64,000 nt of DNA from a bacterium (GTDB lineage: Bacteria; Zhuqueibacterota; Zhuqueibacteria; Residuimicrobiales; Krinioviventaceae): positions 256,001-320,000 of the forward strand of contig CAXXMD010000002.1 in the NCBI GenBank assembly GCA_963675755.2, given 5' to 3'. Position 1 is the first letter of the stretch; every line of letters starts with the position of its first letter. Below the pieces are notes generated by a model. The model saw only the letters and a program-made list of their open reading frames with translations, ran no database searches and was not told the origin of the DNA. Shown here piece by piece: positions 30,787-39,197 of this stretch. The position numbers were made by a program, and so were the translations under genes.

Positions 30787-31536
30787 ATGAAAAAAACTAT
30801 TATAACTTTGGGCACAGGGGCGGGGTATGCTTCACCCGAGAGAGGTGGTGCTGCTAATTTAGTATTAATAGATGATCAAGTGATTTTGTTGGATTGTGGG
30901 GAAGGAGCAGCTGGTTGGATAAATAAATTAAAAAAGACAAATGCTGTATCTGTAATTTTTATTTCTCATATGCATGCAGATCATATTGCCGGTTTGTTTG
31001 TATTGCTGCAAAATATGAAAATTCAAAAAAGAAACAAACCTCTTGAGATTTTTTTACCACAAACAGGAATAAATGACCTCGAAAGATTTTTACCTGCGGT
31101 TTATCTTGATGCTCCTAATAATGACTTGCTATTTACAATCAGATTTAAACCTGTTGATGTTGGAACTCTGTATGATAATAAATTGTTTAAAGTAAATGCA
31201 TGGATGTCCGATCATTTTGTTAAAGATGTGATCAAGAACAAAGAACAAAGACCTGCATTTGGATTTACAATTGTTACTTTTAACAATGAATACCTGATCT
31301 ATTCGGGTGATATTGCGAGTATTGAGTGTATAATACCAGAATTACAGGAAAATTCAATTCTTATTTGTGAAACGACGCATCCGGTGCTAAAAGACGTTAT
31401 TGAAATTGCAAAGCAAAAACATTTAAAATCTGTTGTTTTTACTCATATAGCTCCTGATTTTGATTTAGATGAAAAACTGATAAATATGAACGATTTTGTT
31501 TTTCTGGCAAATGATGGCCAGTTATATAATTGGTAA
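30787..31536 (+). CDS. MBL-fold hydrolase, RNase Z/ElaC-like
   Basis: LGTGAG, DCGEG, SHMHADH, YSGD, THI. Confidence 0.8.
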   Translation: MKKTIITLGTGAGYASPERGGAANLVLIDDQVILLDCGEGAAGWINKLKKTNAVSVIFISHMHADHIAGLFVLLQNMKIQKRNKPLEIFLPQTGINDLERFLPAVYLDAPNNDLLFTIRFKPVDVGTLYDNKLFKVNAWMSDHFVKDVIKNKEQRPAFGFTIVTFNNEYLIYSGDIASIECIIPELQENSILICETTHPVLKDVIEIAKQKHLKSVVFTHIAPDFDLDEKLINMNDFVFLANDGQLYNW

Positions 31537-31551
31537 TATGAGTATTTTTTT

Positions 31552-31567
31552 TGGCAAAAAAATTGCA
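31552..31567 (+). promoter_or_regulatory. Putative sigma54 -24/-12 promoter
   Basis: TGGCAAAAAAATTGCA (GG-N10-GC) about 80 bp upstream of the response regulator. Confidence 0.5.
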
Positions 31568-31648
31568 ATGTAATTTTATGTAAGGTATAATGTGTAGAAT
31601 TACACAAGGTGACTTGGTGGGGGGGTAAAAAATATAGGATAAATTGAC

Positions 31649-32530
31649 ATGATACTTGTGGTTGAAGACGACCAGATTACCCAAACCATTGTTGCGAAAA
31701 TATTGAGCAAAGCTCAATTTGAACTAGACATAACATCGGATGCATATCAGGCAATTACCAACATTCGTCAAAATCAATACCTGGTTGCTGTAGTTGATCT
31801 GGTTTTACCAGGTCCAATGAATGGTATTAATTTAATTAAACAGATTAAAAAATATTCTCCATCAACGCGAATTATCGCTTGTTCCGCATATGGTTCACAA
31901 CAGCAAAGCCGACTGGCAGCGCGTGCCGGTGCGGATTTGTTTCTGTTAAAACCTTTCAAGCCCAATGAACTTGTTGCCGCTGTTACTAAATTATCTGGTG
32001 GTGCGGCAAATACAATTTCTATCCGAAACAAGAATACACGTAAAGATATTAATCAACTTCGACCTTTGCTTTTCAATCAATTCCCCGAAGTTGTCATTGA
32101 AGATATTATGAAATTGGGTAAAATTTCACAACTGGGTCTTAAAGAGATGCAAGTGATTAATTTTACAGAAGATATTGCAATTGTTCTTGAAGGATCGTGT
32201 AGATGTTTATTTGCGAACCGTGATTTGGGTGTTTTAAAAGCCTTTGAATCTATTGGTCATGAATTTATTGCTGAAGGTTTTGATCCTGATTCTACTTTAA
32301 ATCTACAGGCATTAACTCCAACTGAGTTGTTCGTAATTCGCAGTGTTGACCTGGTAAAATTTCTTCACAGTCAGCAAAGTGATCTTTTGAATAAATTAAA
32401 AAATAATATTAGGTTCATGCATACCAAAAGTTTGTTTACACTGGCACTCAAGAGTAATGCAAGTGCTTCACCAAATGGAGCTGATGCCGCTGGTGTTAAT
32501 TTTGATGATACAAGCCTGTTAGGATTATAA
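31649..32530 (+). CDS. Response regulator with degenerate cNMP-binding-like C-terminal domain
   Basis: LVVEDD, VDLVLPG, CSA, KPF; C-terminal IVLEG..LGVL...ESIG..L.ALTPTEL pattern. Confidence 0.7.
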   Translation: MILVVEDDQITQTIVAKILSKAQFELDITSDAYQAITNIRQNQYLVAVVDLVLPGPMNGINLIKQIKKYSPSTRIIACSAYGSQQQSRLAARAGADLFLLKPFKPNELVAAVTKLSGGAANTISIRNKNTRKDINQLRPLLFNQFPEVVIEDIMKLGKISQLGLKEMQVINFTEDIAIVLEGSCRCLFANRDLGVLKAFESIGHEFIAEGFDPDSTLNLQALTPTELFVIRSVDLVKFLHSQQSDLLNKLKNNIRFMHTKSLFTLALKSNASASPNGADAAGVNFDDTSLLGL

Positions 32531-32543
32531 TTCAGGAATTTGA

Positions 32544-33161
32544 GTGATTCAATACTTTTATTTATCTTTTCTTTGGATTATTTGGTGCTTTTTGCACAGT
32601 TTTTTTATTGCTTTATCTTTTGTTCAAAAGATTGAGCATAAACTGGGGGATTCTTTTCGTTACTACCGATTGCTATATAACCTTTTTGCATTCATTTCAT
32701 TAATTCCAGTCTATCTGTACACCCGTTCTTTATATACCGAACCTTTTTGGATTTGGACTGGTAAACTTTTGATTGTTAAATATTTTCTAGTTTTTACAGG
32801 ATTTGTTTTATTATGGTTAGGATCAAAAAGTTTTAGCATGAAGCAGTTTACCGGTATTTCTCAGGCTTTGAAAAGTAATTCCTTTCGCACTTTGAATAAA
32901 AAAGGTGATATTAGTTCCAACGGAGTATTAAAATTTATCAGACACCCCTGGTATACCAGTGGAATTGTTTTAATTTGGTCCCAGAATTTTGATATAACCA
33001 GGTTGATCGTTGCAATTATTTTAACGATTTACATTGTAATAGGCGCTTTTTTGGAAGAACAAAAGCTTTTGAGGGAATTTGGTGATTCTTATAAAAATTA
33101 CCGGGAAAGTGTATCCATGTTTTTCCCGGTAAAATGGTTTAGAAAAAAGTTTAATTTTTAA
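32544..33161 (+). CDS. NnrU/ICMT-like membrane methyltransferase family protein
   Basis: LHS, YRLLYN, IRHPWY, EEQKL..FG.SY..Y...V.MFFP. Confidence 0.78.
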   Translation: MIQYFYLSFLWIIWCFLHSFFIALSFVQKIEHKLGDSFRYYRLLYNLFAFISLIPVYLYTRSLYTEPFWIWTGKLLIVKYFLVFTGFVLLWLGSKSFSMKQFTGISQALKSNSFRTLNKKGDISSNGVLKFIRHPWYTSGIVLIWSQNFDITRLIVAIILTIYIVIGAFLEEQKLLREFGDSYKNYRESVSMFFPVKWFRKKFNF

Positions 33162-33168
33162 TATCAGG

Positions 33169-33402
33169 TTATTTTGATAACCATTCAAGAATTTGCTTTT
33201 CTTCAGGTAGTTTTCCGGAACACATAACCGTACCATCAATAACCAATGCTGGCGTCATCATGATTCCATAAGAGAGAATGTCATTAATTTCAGACACCTT
33301 TTCAAGTTCTATGTTTATGTTGTTTGTTGAGGCAACCTGTTTAACACGATCTTCCAGCATATTACATTTTGGGCAGCCAGTACCCAGCACTTTAACATTC
33401 AT
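33169..33402 (-). CDS. Small redox-active disulfide protein (MTH895-type thioredoxin)
   Basis: VLGTGCPKC, GIMMTPALVIDG. Confidence 0.9.
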   Translation of the reverse strand: MNVKVLGTGCPKCNMLEDRVKQVASTNNINIELEKVSEINDILSYGIMMTPALVIDGTVMCSGKLPEEKQILEWLSK

Positions 33403-33413
33403 TTGAATTCCTT

Positions 33414-34193
33414 TTATATTGTTTTAATTTTATTAAATAATTCAGGCAATTTTGTATTATAAAATTCCATTATTTTTTCTTGTGTTTCACCCAGTGGTTT
33501 TACTGGAACGAGATCTTGAACTTGATCATATTCCAGTCCTGAATCAAACAAAGTTTTCAAAGAGGTGTCTGTCATGATTTTTACCGCAGAAACTGCTTCA
33601 TCCGCATCCATACCAAATTCTTTTGCCAGTTGGTGCATTGTGTGCCATTGAAACCACAAATAAGTGGGGCCCATTGCCACTATCATTGCATATGCTTCCA
33701 GTTTTGCTTCAGCTATAACGGGTGCTTGTCCTAAATATTTGAATGCTGTAAATACTTTTTCCTGTTCCTGGGGAGATACAAATGATGAAAAACAAATTGG
33801 ATTTAATCCTTCATTAATAATTGAAGCTGCACTTGGAATTGTACGAACAATATTCTTATGATTATCCAAACCAGCAGATATAGCCTGGATTGTGAACTTG
33901 GGAGCCAGGGAAATGATCAAGGTATTTTCTTCAATATGTCCTTTAATTGAATCCAGAACTGATTTTATTACAGGAGGGTGTACAGCAATTACAATTGTCT
34001 TAAAATCTTTAACATTTGAACCTATTGATTCCACTGTCTTGATGCTAAATTTATTCTCGAGTTTTTCAACAACGGTTGAATCAGGATCAAATACTGTTAT
34101 ATTGTTGAGAGGTATGTTGCTGTTAGCCCATCCCTGCAGCATAAAATTTACAACTCTTCCGCCACCAATAAACAAAATTTTTGAATTTAACAT
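33414..34193 (-). CDS. Pyrroline-5-carboxylate reductase-like NAD(P)-binding protein
   Basis: FIGGGRV, IAVHPP, ISLAP, RTIP, AMGPTY; diverged from true ProC (SGSGPA). Confidence 0.75.
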   Translation of the reverse strand: MLNSKILFIGGGRVVNFMLQGWANSNIPLNNITVFDPDSTVVEKLENKFSIKTVESIGSNVKDFKTIVIAVHPPVIKSVLDSIKGHIEENTLIISLAPKFTIQAISAGLDNHKNIVRTIPSAASIINEGLNPICFSSFVSPQEQEKVFTAFKYLGQAPVIAEAKLEAYAMIVAMGPTYLWFQWHTMHQLAKEFGMDADEAVSAVKIMTDTSLKTLFDSGLEYDQVQDLVPVKPLGETQEKIMEFYNTKLPELFNKIKTI

Positions 34194-34344
34194 GGTCCCT
34201 CCAGATAAATTTTTTTAAAAAATTGGTTATTCTGGTTACAGATTAACAATTCCATTCTTCTACTAAAATATTTGAATACATTATCTTAAATATTTTTAAT
34301 TATAAATCTCAAACTTATCATTCAATAATACTAGATGTAGATAA

Positions 34345-35640
34345 TTAAAAAAATATGCCAAAAACCAAACCAGTTAATGTAGACATGAGAATAACAAGTG
34401 TTATAAATACAGATGTCTTTTTAATTCCCATTACACTATTGATAACAAGCATATTGGGAAGTGACAATGCAGGACCCGCCAGCAACAAGGCAAGTGCAGG
34501 CCCCTTTGCCATACCACCGGCAATTAATCCCTGAAGTATTGGGATTTCTGTCAAAGTGGCAAAATACATGAATGCGCCAATAAACGATGCGAAAAAGTTT
34601 GAAAAAAATGTGTTTTTGCCAACAAACATGATAATCCATTTACTGTTGATAATACCTTCACTTCCCGGGGAGCCCAGCAAAAATCCTGCTGCAAGTACTC
34701 CTATTGCCAGCAAAGGCATAATTTGTTTTGCGAATACCCAGGTTGAAGTCATCCATTCACCAGCTTCGCCATTATCAAAGGACAGAATTATGGAAAGCCC
34801 AATAACTGCAAATATAAAGGGTACAAGCGGATTATTGGTAAGGATGGATATTAATACAGTCATTATTGTAATAGCAATAACCAGAATTTTTTTAATTTTT
34901 AAAACATATACAAGCGATACAGCGAAAAGAATTCCAAAAATCCCTGTAATCATCCATTTGTGACTGTATATCTGGAACCATGCTCCCACGGATTCTGTTG
35001 GTTTACCCCAGTTAACAAAAATAAGGATCGCAATCAGAGTAAACATGTGAAAAACAGTTTTCCATATATTTTGATCATTTTCTGAATTGATAACAACTGC
35101 CTGTAGTTTTTCTTTTTCTCGTTCTTCTTTAATAAATATTATATGCATTAACAAGCCAATAACAATGCTAAAAACAACCGCTCCTACAATTCTAGCAATA
35201 CCCAGTTCAAAACCTAAAATTCTTGCCGTAAGAATGATGGCCAGTATATTTATTGCCGGACCTGAATATAAAAACGCAACCGCGGGGCCTAAACCTGCAC
35301 CGCGCTGATAAATACTTGCAAAAAGAGGGAGGATGGTGCAGGAACAAACGGCTAGTATAGACCCGGAAAGCGATGCTACTAAATAAGCCGTTACTTTTTT
35401 AGCTTGTGCTCCCAGGTATTTAATCACGGCATTCTGACTGATAAATACACTGATTACACCTGCAATGAAAAAAGCTGGGACCAGGCATAATAAAACATGT
35501 TCACGCGCATACCATTTTAAAAGAATTAATGATTCTTTAACAGCATTAATTAACTCTGGTTTTTCAACAGGTAAAAAATATGCTGTAATAAATAATATTA
35601 CTATTATTAAAAGGGGTTTTCTTTCATTTTTCCAGTTCAA
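34345..35640 (-). CDS. ArsP/DUF318 family permease
   Basis: EHVLLCLVPAFFIAG, AVCSCTILP, FLYSGPAIN, MYFATLTE, GPALSLP. Confidence 0.9.
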   Translation of the reverse strand: MNWKNERKPLLIIVILFITAYFLPVEKPELINAVKESLILLKWYAREHVLLCLVPAFFIAGVISVFISQNAVIKYLGAQAKKVTAYLVASLSGSILAVCSCTILPLFASIYQRGAGLGPAVAFLYSGPAINILAIILTARILGFELGIARIVGAVVFSIVIGLLMHIIFIKEEREKEKLQAVVINSENDQNIWKTVFHMFTLIAILIFVNWGKPTESVGAWFQIYSHKWMITGIFGILFAVSLVYVLKIKKILVIAITIMTVLISILTNNPLVPFIFAVIGLSIILSFDNGEAGEWMTSTWVFAKQIMPLLAIGVLAAGFLLGSPGSEGIINSKWIIMFVGKNTFFSNFFASFIGAFMYFATLTEIPILQGLIAGGMAKGPALALLLAGPALSLPNMLVINSVMGIKKTSVFITLVILMSTLTGLVFGIFF

Positions 35641-35998
35641 TTTTATCTCCTAAACTACACAATTGGTTTCGATCCACAGTTTCTACAAGTTTTAAATCTG
35701 TTGCAACTGTATTGGGGTCCGATATTTTCTCATGAACAATTGCCAAGAGGGAGGTAATGATGGGGTCATTGGTTTTTTCATTTATATAATAATTCACCCA
35801 TTTTTGTTCTTTAATATCATAAATAAAGCCCGCATTCCTTAATATTTGCAAATGTTTAGATACGGTTGATGTTGCAAGTTTTAATACCGCCTGAATTTCA
35901 CAAACACACATGGAGCGTTGTTGCAGCATTTTGATAATGCGAATACGGTTAGGATCGGAAAGTGCTTTGAATTTTTCTGTGATTTCTCTCATGATCAT
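35624..35998 (-). CDS. arsR: ArsR/SmtB metalloregulator
   Basis: FKALSDPNRIRI, CVCE, STVSKHL, WVNY. Confidence 0.88.
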   Translation of the reverse strand: MIMREITEKFKALSDPNRIRIIKMLQQRSMCVCEIQAVLKLATSTVSKHLQILRNAGFIYDIKEQKWVNYYINEKTNDPIITSLLAIVHEKISDPNTVATDLKLVETVDRNQLCSLGDKIELEK

Positions 35999-36001
35999 CT
36001 C

Positions 36002-36021
36002 ATTTCGTTATTTGACGAAAT
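36002..36021. promoter_or_regulatory. ArsR-type operator
   Basis: ATTTCGT-TATTTG-ACGAAAT inverted repeat abutting the arsR start. Confidence 0.7.
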
Positions 36022-36090
36022 ATAATAATATGATATCTAAAAATCAATAAAAAAATTATGCAAGTGAATATAAGAGGGGGAAAATAAAAA

Positions 36091-36117
36091 TAAACTGCCC
36101 CAGGATGGGGCAGTTTA
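36091..36117 (-). terminator. Intrinsic terminator
   Basis: TAAACTGCCCC/GGGGCAGTTTA stem; T-rich downstream on the minus strand. Confidence 0.8.
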
Positions 36118-36130
36118 TAAGAATAACTAA

Positions 36131-37099
36131 TTATTGTACATATTTTTCGTACATTGCTTCCAGTTCTTCCTGAGTTTTTGTGCCTTCGTATACAATCACT
36201 TTAAAGTGAAAAGTAGCACTCTGACCAGGTTCAAGTGTCAGGTTGTAGGGAACTGGTTCCTGTTCACGACCTTTTTGGAAAACTGACTGGCCAAGTGGAT
36301 TGGCAGCAAACAGACCGTAATCACGTGCATGCCAATAGGTTGGGTAATTGTTGCTTTCAGGATGGTTAAAAATAGCAATGCCATAAACTTTATCGTCTTT
36401 TTTACCTTCAAGAGTAACCCATTTTGCGCGAGTTGCCCAGATGTTCTTGGCAGTACGATCACCATTTGAGCTCAGGTATTCACTATTGCCACTTCTTTCT
36501 TTTAACCAGTGAGCAACACGAATTGCAAACATACCTTCTTTGGTATCGTTGAAAACAACTTTATCATCAAGAGCCGTCAGGGTCATTTTCATATCAACAC
36601 AATTTGCAGTACCATTGCTGCTGAAAACCATAGTGCGGTCTTCTTTTAAAATTGGTTTTTCATTTTTGTCAACCCATTGCATTACCGTACCCAATGTACC
36701 GGTTTTTGCATCCATTTTGGTGGTTTCCAGGTGTTGAATTTGAGGGGGAAAAGTAGTATTGTTCCAGAAACCATTTTCATTTACTTCATCATAGGTGAAA
36801 AAGATACCGGTATGATGAGGATGGTCATGGCTTTCACCTTCAACTTCTTCAAATGGATACATACGAGTAACAACAGTACCTGAAACAGATTCTACCGGAA
36901 AAAGAACCGGTTTAGTCAAGGTTGTTTTATCATATTTGTAGGAAGTAAAAAAGTTACCATCTACCAATACGTCAATCTGATTTTCGCCCTCTACAAAAGA
37001 AATAGAGCGACCTGTTTTTTCTTGTGCCTCTTGCGTACTGCAGGCAACAAACATCACAGATACTGAAAACAATATCATGACTAGCAGTGCTTTTCTCAT
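36131..37099 (-). CDS. Lipoprotein, DUF6807 ('PmoA-like') family
   Basis: Lipobox FVAC, KPVLFP, DHPHHTG, DTKEG, WHARDYGLFAANP. Confidence 0.8.
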   Translation of the reverse strand: MRKALLVMILFSVSVMFVACSTQEAQEKTGRSISFVEGENQIDVLVDGNFFTSYKYDKTTLTKPVLFPVESVSGTVVTRMYPFEEVEGESHDHPHHTGIFFTYDEVNENGFWNNTTFPPQIQHLETTKMDAKTGTLGTVMQWVDKNEKPILKEDRTMVFSSNGTANCVDMKMTLTALDDKVVFNDTKEGMFAIRVAHWLKERSGNSEYLSSNGDRTAKNIWATRAKWVTLEGKKDDKVYGIAIFNHPESNNYPTYWHARDYGLFAANPLGQSVFQKGREQEPVPYNLTLEPGQSATFHFKVIVYEGTKTQEELEAMYEKYVQ

Positions 37100-37100
37100 T

Positions 37101-37625
37101 TTAACTCCTCCTTAGGATTGTATAGGTATTTTGAAAAATAGTAAATGAATTATTGTCAAATAAACTAAAGATTACATTATTTAAACTACTTTTTTTTTCT
37201 GAATAATCCAATACTGTTTTTAACATTATTTGGGCACATTTTTCAATTGGGTAGCCAAATATACCCGTACTGATTGCAGGGAATGCAATAGATAATAGCT
37301 TGTATTTATTTCCAAGTTCCAGAGCTGAAAGGGTGGCATTTTTAAGCTTGTTGTCTTCATCCCCAGAGCCCATTATGGGACCTACGGTGTGAATAACATA
37401 TTTTGCTTTTAATGATCCGCCTGATGTTATTGCAGCGGTACCGGTTTTGACAATACCATGGGTTTTAACCCATTCATTACTCTGTACCTGTATTATAGGG
37501 CCACCTTTACGAGAGATAGCGCCGGCAACACCACCACCATGAGAAAGATGTTCATTAGCTGCATTCACGATGGCATCAACATTCAGATCAGTTATATCTG
37601 CTTGAATTATATCTATTTTAATCAT
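37101..37625 (-). CDS. Macro domain protein (ADP-ribose binding/hydrolase)
   Basis: DIT, AIVNAAN, HGGGVAGAI, VIHTVGP, PAISTGIFGYP. Confidence 0.93.
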   Translation of the reverse strand: MIKIDIIQADITDLNVDAIVNAANEHLSHGGGVAGAISRKGGPIIQVQSNEWVKTHGIVKTGTAAITSGGSLKAKYVIHTVGPIMGSGDEDNKLKNATLSALELGNKYKLLSIAFPAISTGIFGYPIEKCAQIMLKTVLDYSEKKSSLNNVIFSLFDNNSFTIFQNTYTILRRS

Positions 37626-38946
37626 TTACAATGTCTTGATAAATATATATATTATTTGTATACACCCAGGGGTACCATTGGTCATCAAATTCTAAATACG
37701 CTGTTATGCGGTAATTACCTGGAGAAATATCTTTTGTAAATTGGTACATGTATTCTTTATTGATTGAATCAAAAAGCTTACCGTCTTTATACAACTCGTA
37801 CCTTACCGGGTAAGGAGAGACCGCCTGAATAGTACTAACCTGTTCAAGTTTTACAGAATCGCCTACAATAGCTGAAAGATTATTCCCCGCATCAAGACTA
37901 AAGAATTCAAAGCCTGTAGCATCTGCCAAATGATCAAAAGACACAAATGAATGGCCGGCAGCTAAATTGTTTTTGATAGCTTTGGCTGTCAATGTATCGC
38001 TAAACACGTGATCGTTTACATAATGAAAAGAACATTCATACGGATCCACATCCCAGCGAAAAGCCCAGCCGGTAACGTCTGTCTTTTTAAGTAGAATTTT
38101 TTCCAAAAGACCTGGAGCTTTAACTGTTATAGTATGTGCATCCGGTCCAACCCATTCTACACTATCATCTGCAGTATATCTTGCTCTTATATTCTGATTA
38201 TTGTGAGCATCAGGGGCACCAATTCCCGTAATGCGCCGGGTTTGGTTTAATCGATCCCAGTTTTCCAGTATCTCGGTTTGTATGTCAAAGAATTCTCTAA
38301 AAGCCCAATGTCTGTATTTTTTACCTGTAATTGCTGCATTGATCAGGATTGGAACCAGGCTTTCTTCATCTTTAATATCTGTGTGGATATTGTATATTTC
38401 CATTCCCTGGTAATCCGGATTGTCCCAATCATGGGGCTCTTCTGTATGTATATAATAGACAAATCCATTATTCCTGATAACATTTTTAATCAAAGTATCG
38501 ATTGCTGTTTTCCAATCCAAGATTACCGTATCTAGAGGATTAATTCCCAGGCCGCTTTTCTCAGAGCCAGGTTCAATAAGGATACCGTCATAGTCACCAT
38601 AATAGCTGCGTGGAAAAGAGTCTTGATCGCAATGTGGATGATCAGAGAAAAAGATGAAATCGAGGTTTGCTTTCTTGGCAGCGGGAAGTATTTCATTAAT
38701 ATTGCCATGACTGTCATGTGACCAATAGGTATGTGAATGCAGAATACCATTGAATGCATGCAACGGTATGTATTGTTTGGGGGTTTTATATTCCAATTGT
38801 AGTGCCAGTTTTTGTTTTTCGAGACGGGGATATGTAACCAGACGACGCCATATTGAAGGAGCTGTAAAATAGAGGGCAATTAATATTATCAATATTACTA
38901 CGATAGATAAAATATAACCAACAGTTTTTAAGACTTTTTTTAGCAA
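37618..38946 (-). CDS. Membrane-anchored PHP-domain metallohydrolase
   Basis: N-terminal TM, HSHTYWSHDS, SDH, GMEIYN, DAH. Confidence 0.75.
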   Translation of the reverse strand: MLKKVLKTVGYILSIVVILIILIALYFTAPSIWRRLVTYPRLEKQKLALQLEYKTPKQYIPLHAFNGILHSHTYWSHDSHGNINEILPAAKKANLDFIFFSDHPHCDQDSFPRSYYGDYDGILIEPGSEKSGLGINPLDTVILDWKTAIDTLIKNVIRNNGFVYYIHTEEPHDWDNPDYQGMEIYNIHTDIKDEESLVPILINAAITGKKYRHWAFREFFDIQTEILENWDRLNQTRRITGIGAPDAHNNQNIRARYTADDSVEWVGPDAHTITVKAPGLLEKILLKKTDVTGWAFRWDVDPYECSFHYVNDHVFSDTLTAKAIKNNLAAGHSFVSFDHLADATGFEFFSLDAGNNLSAIVGDSVKLEQVSTIQAVSPYPVRYELYKDGKLFDSINKEYMYQFTKDISPGNYRITAYLEFDDQWYPWVYTNNIYIYQDIVND

Positions 38947-39197
38947 GACTATCCTGAATTGTTTGGTTGCAATGCTTTAAGAAAAAGTTGGTAAAGGTGT
39001 GAGCAAAATTAACATATAACAATTTACAAAATGTATGCATATTTTAAAAGTGATTTATTTTAAAACAGATGATAGTGAATATTTTTTCAATATTCACCCA
39101 GTAACAATAACTTGATGTTTGTATTTTCTTTTATTTATCTTTCCAATTCATTATTTTGTAAAGGATTATTTATGAATTCTTAAATAAAGGATTGCAA

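Noticed and set aside
36131-37099. 'PmoA' label suggesting methane oxidation
   Set aside because: Soluble lipoprotein with no TM helices and no pmoB/pmoC; the family name is misleading
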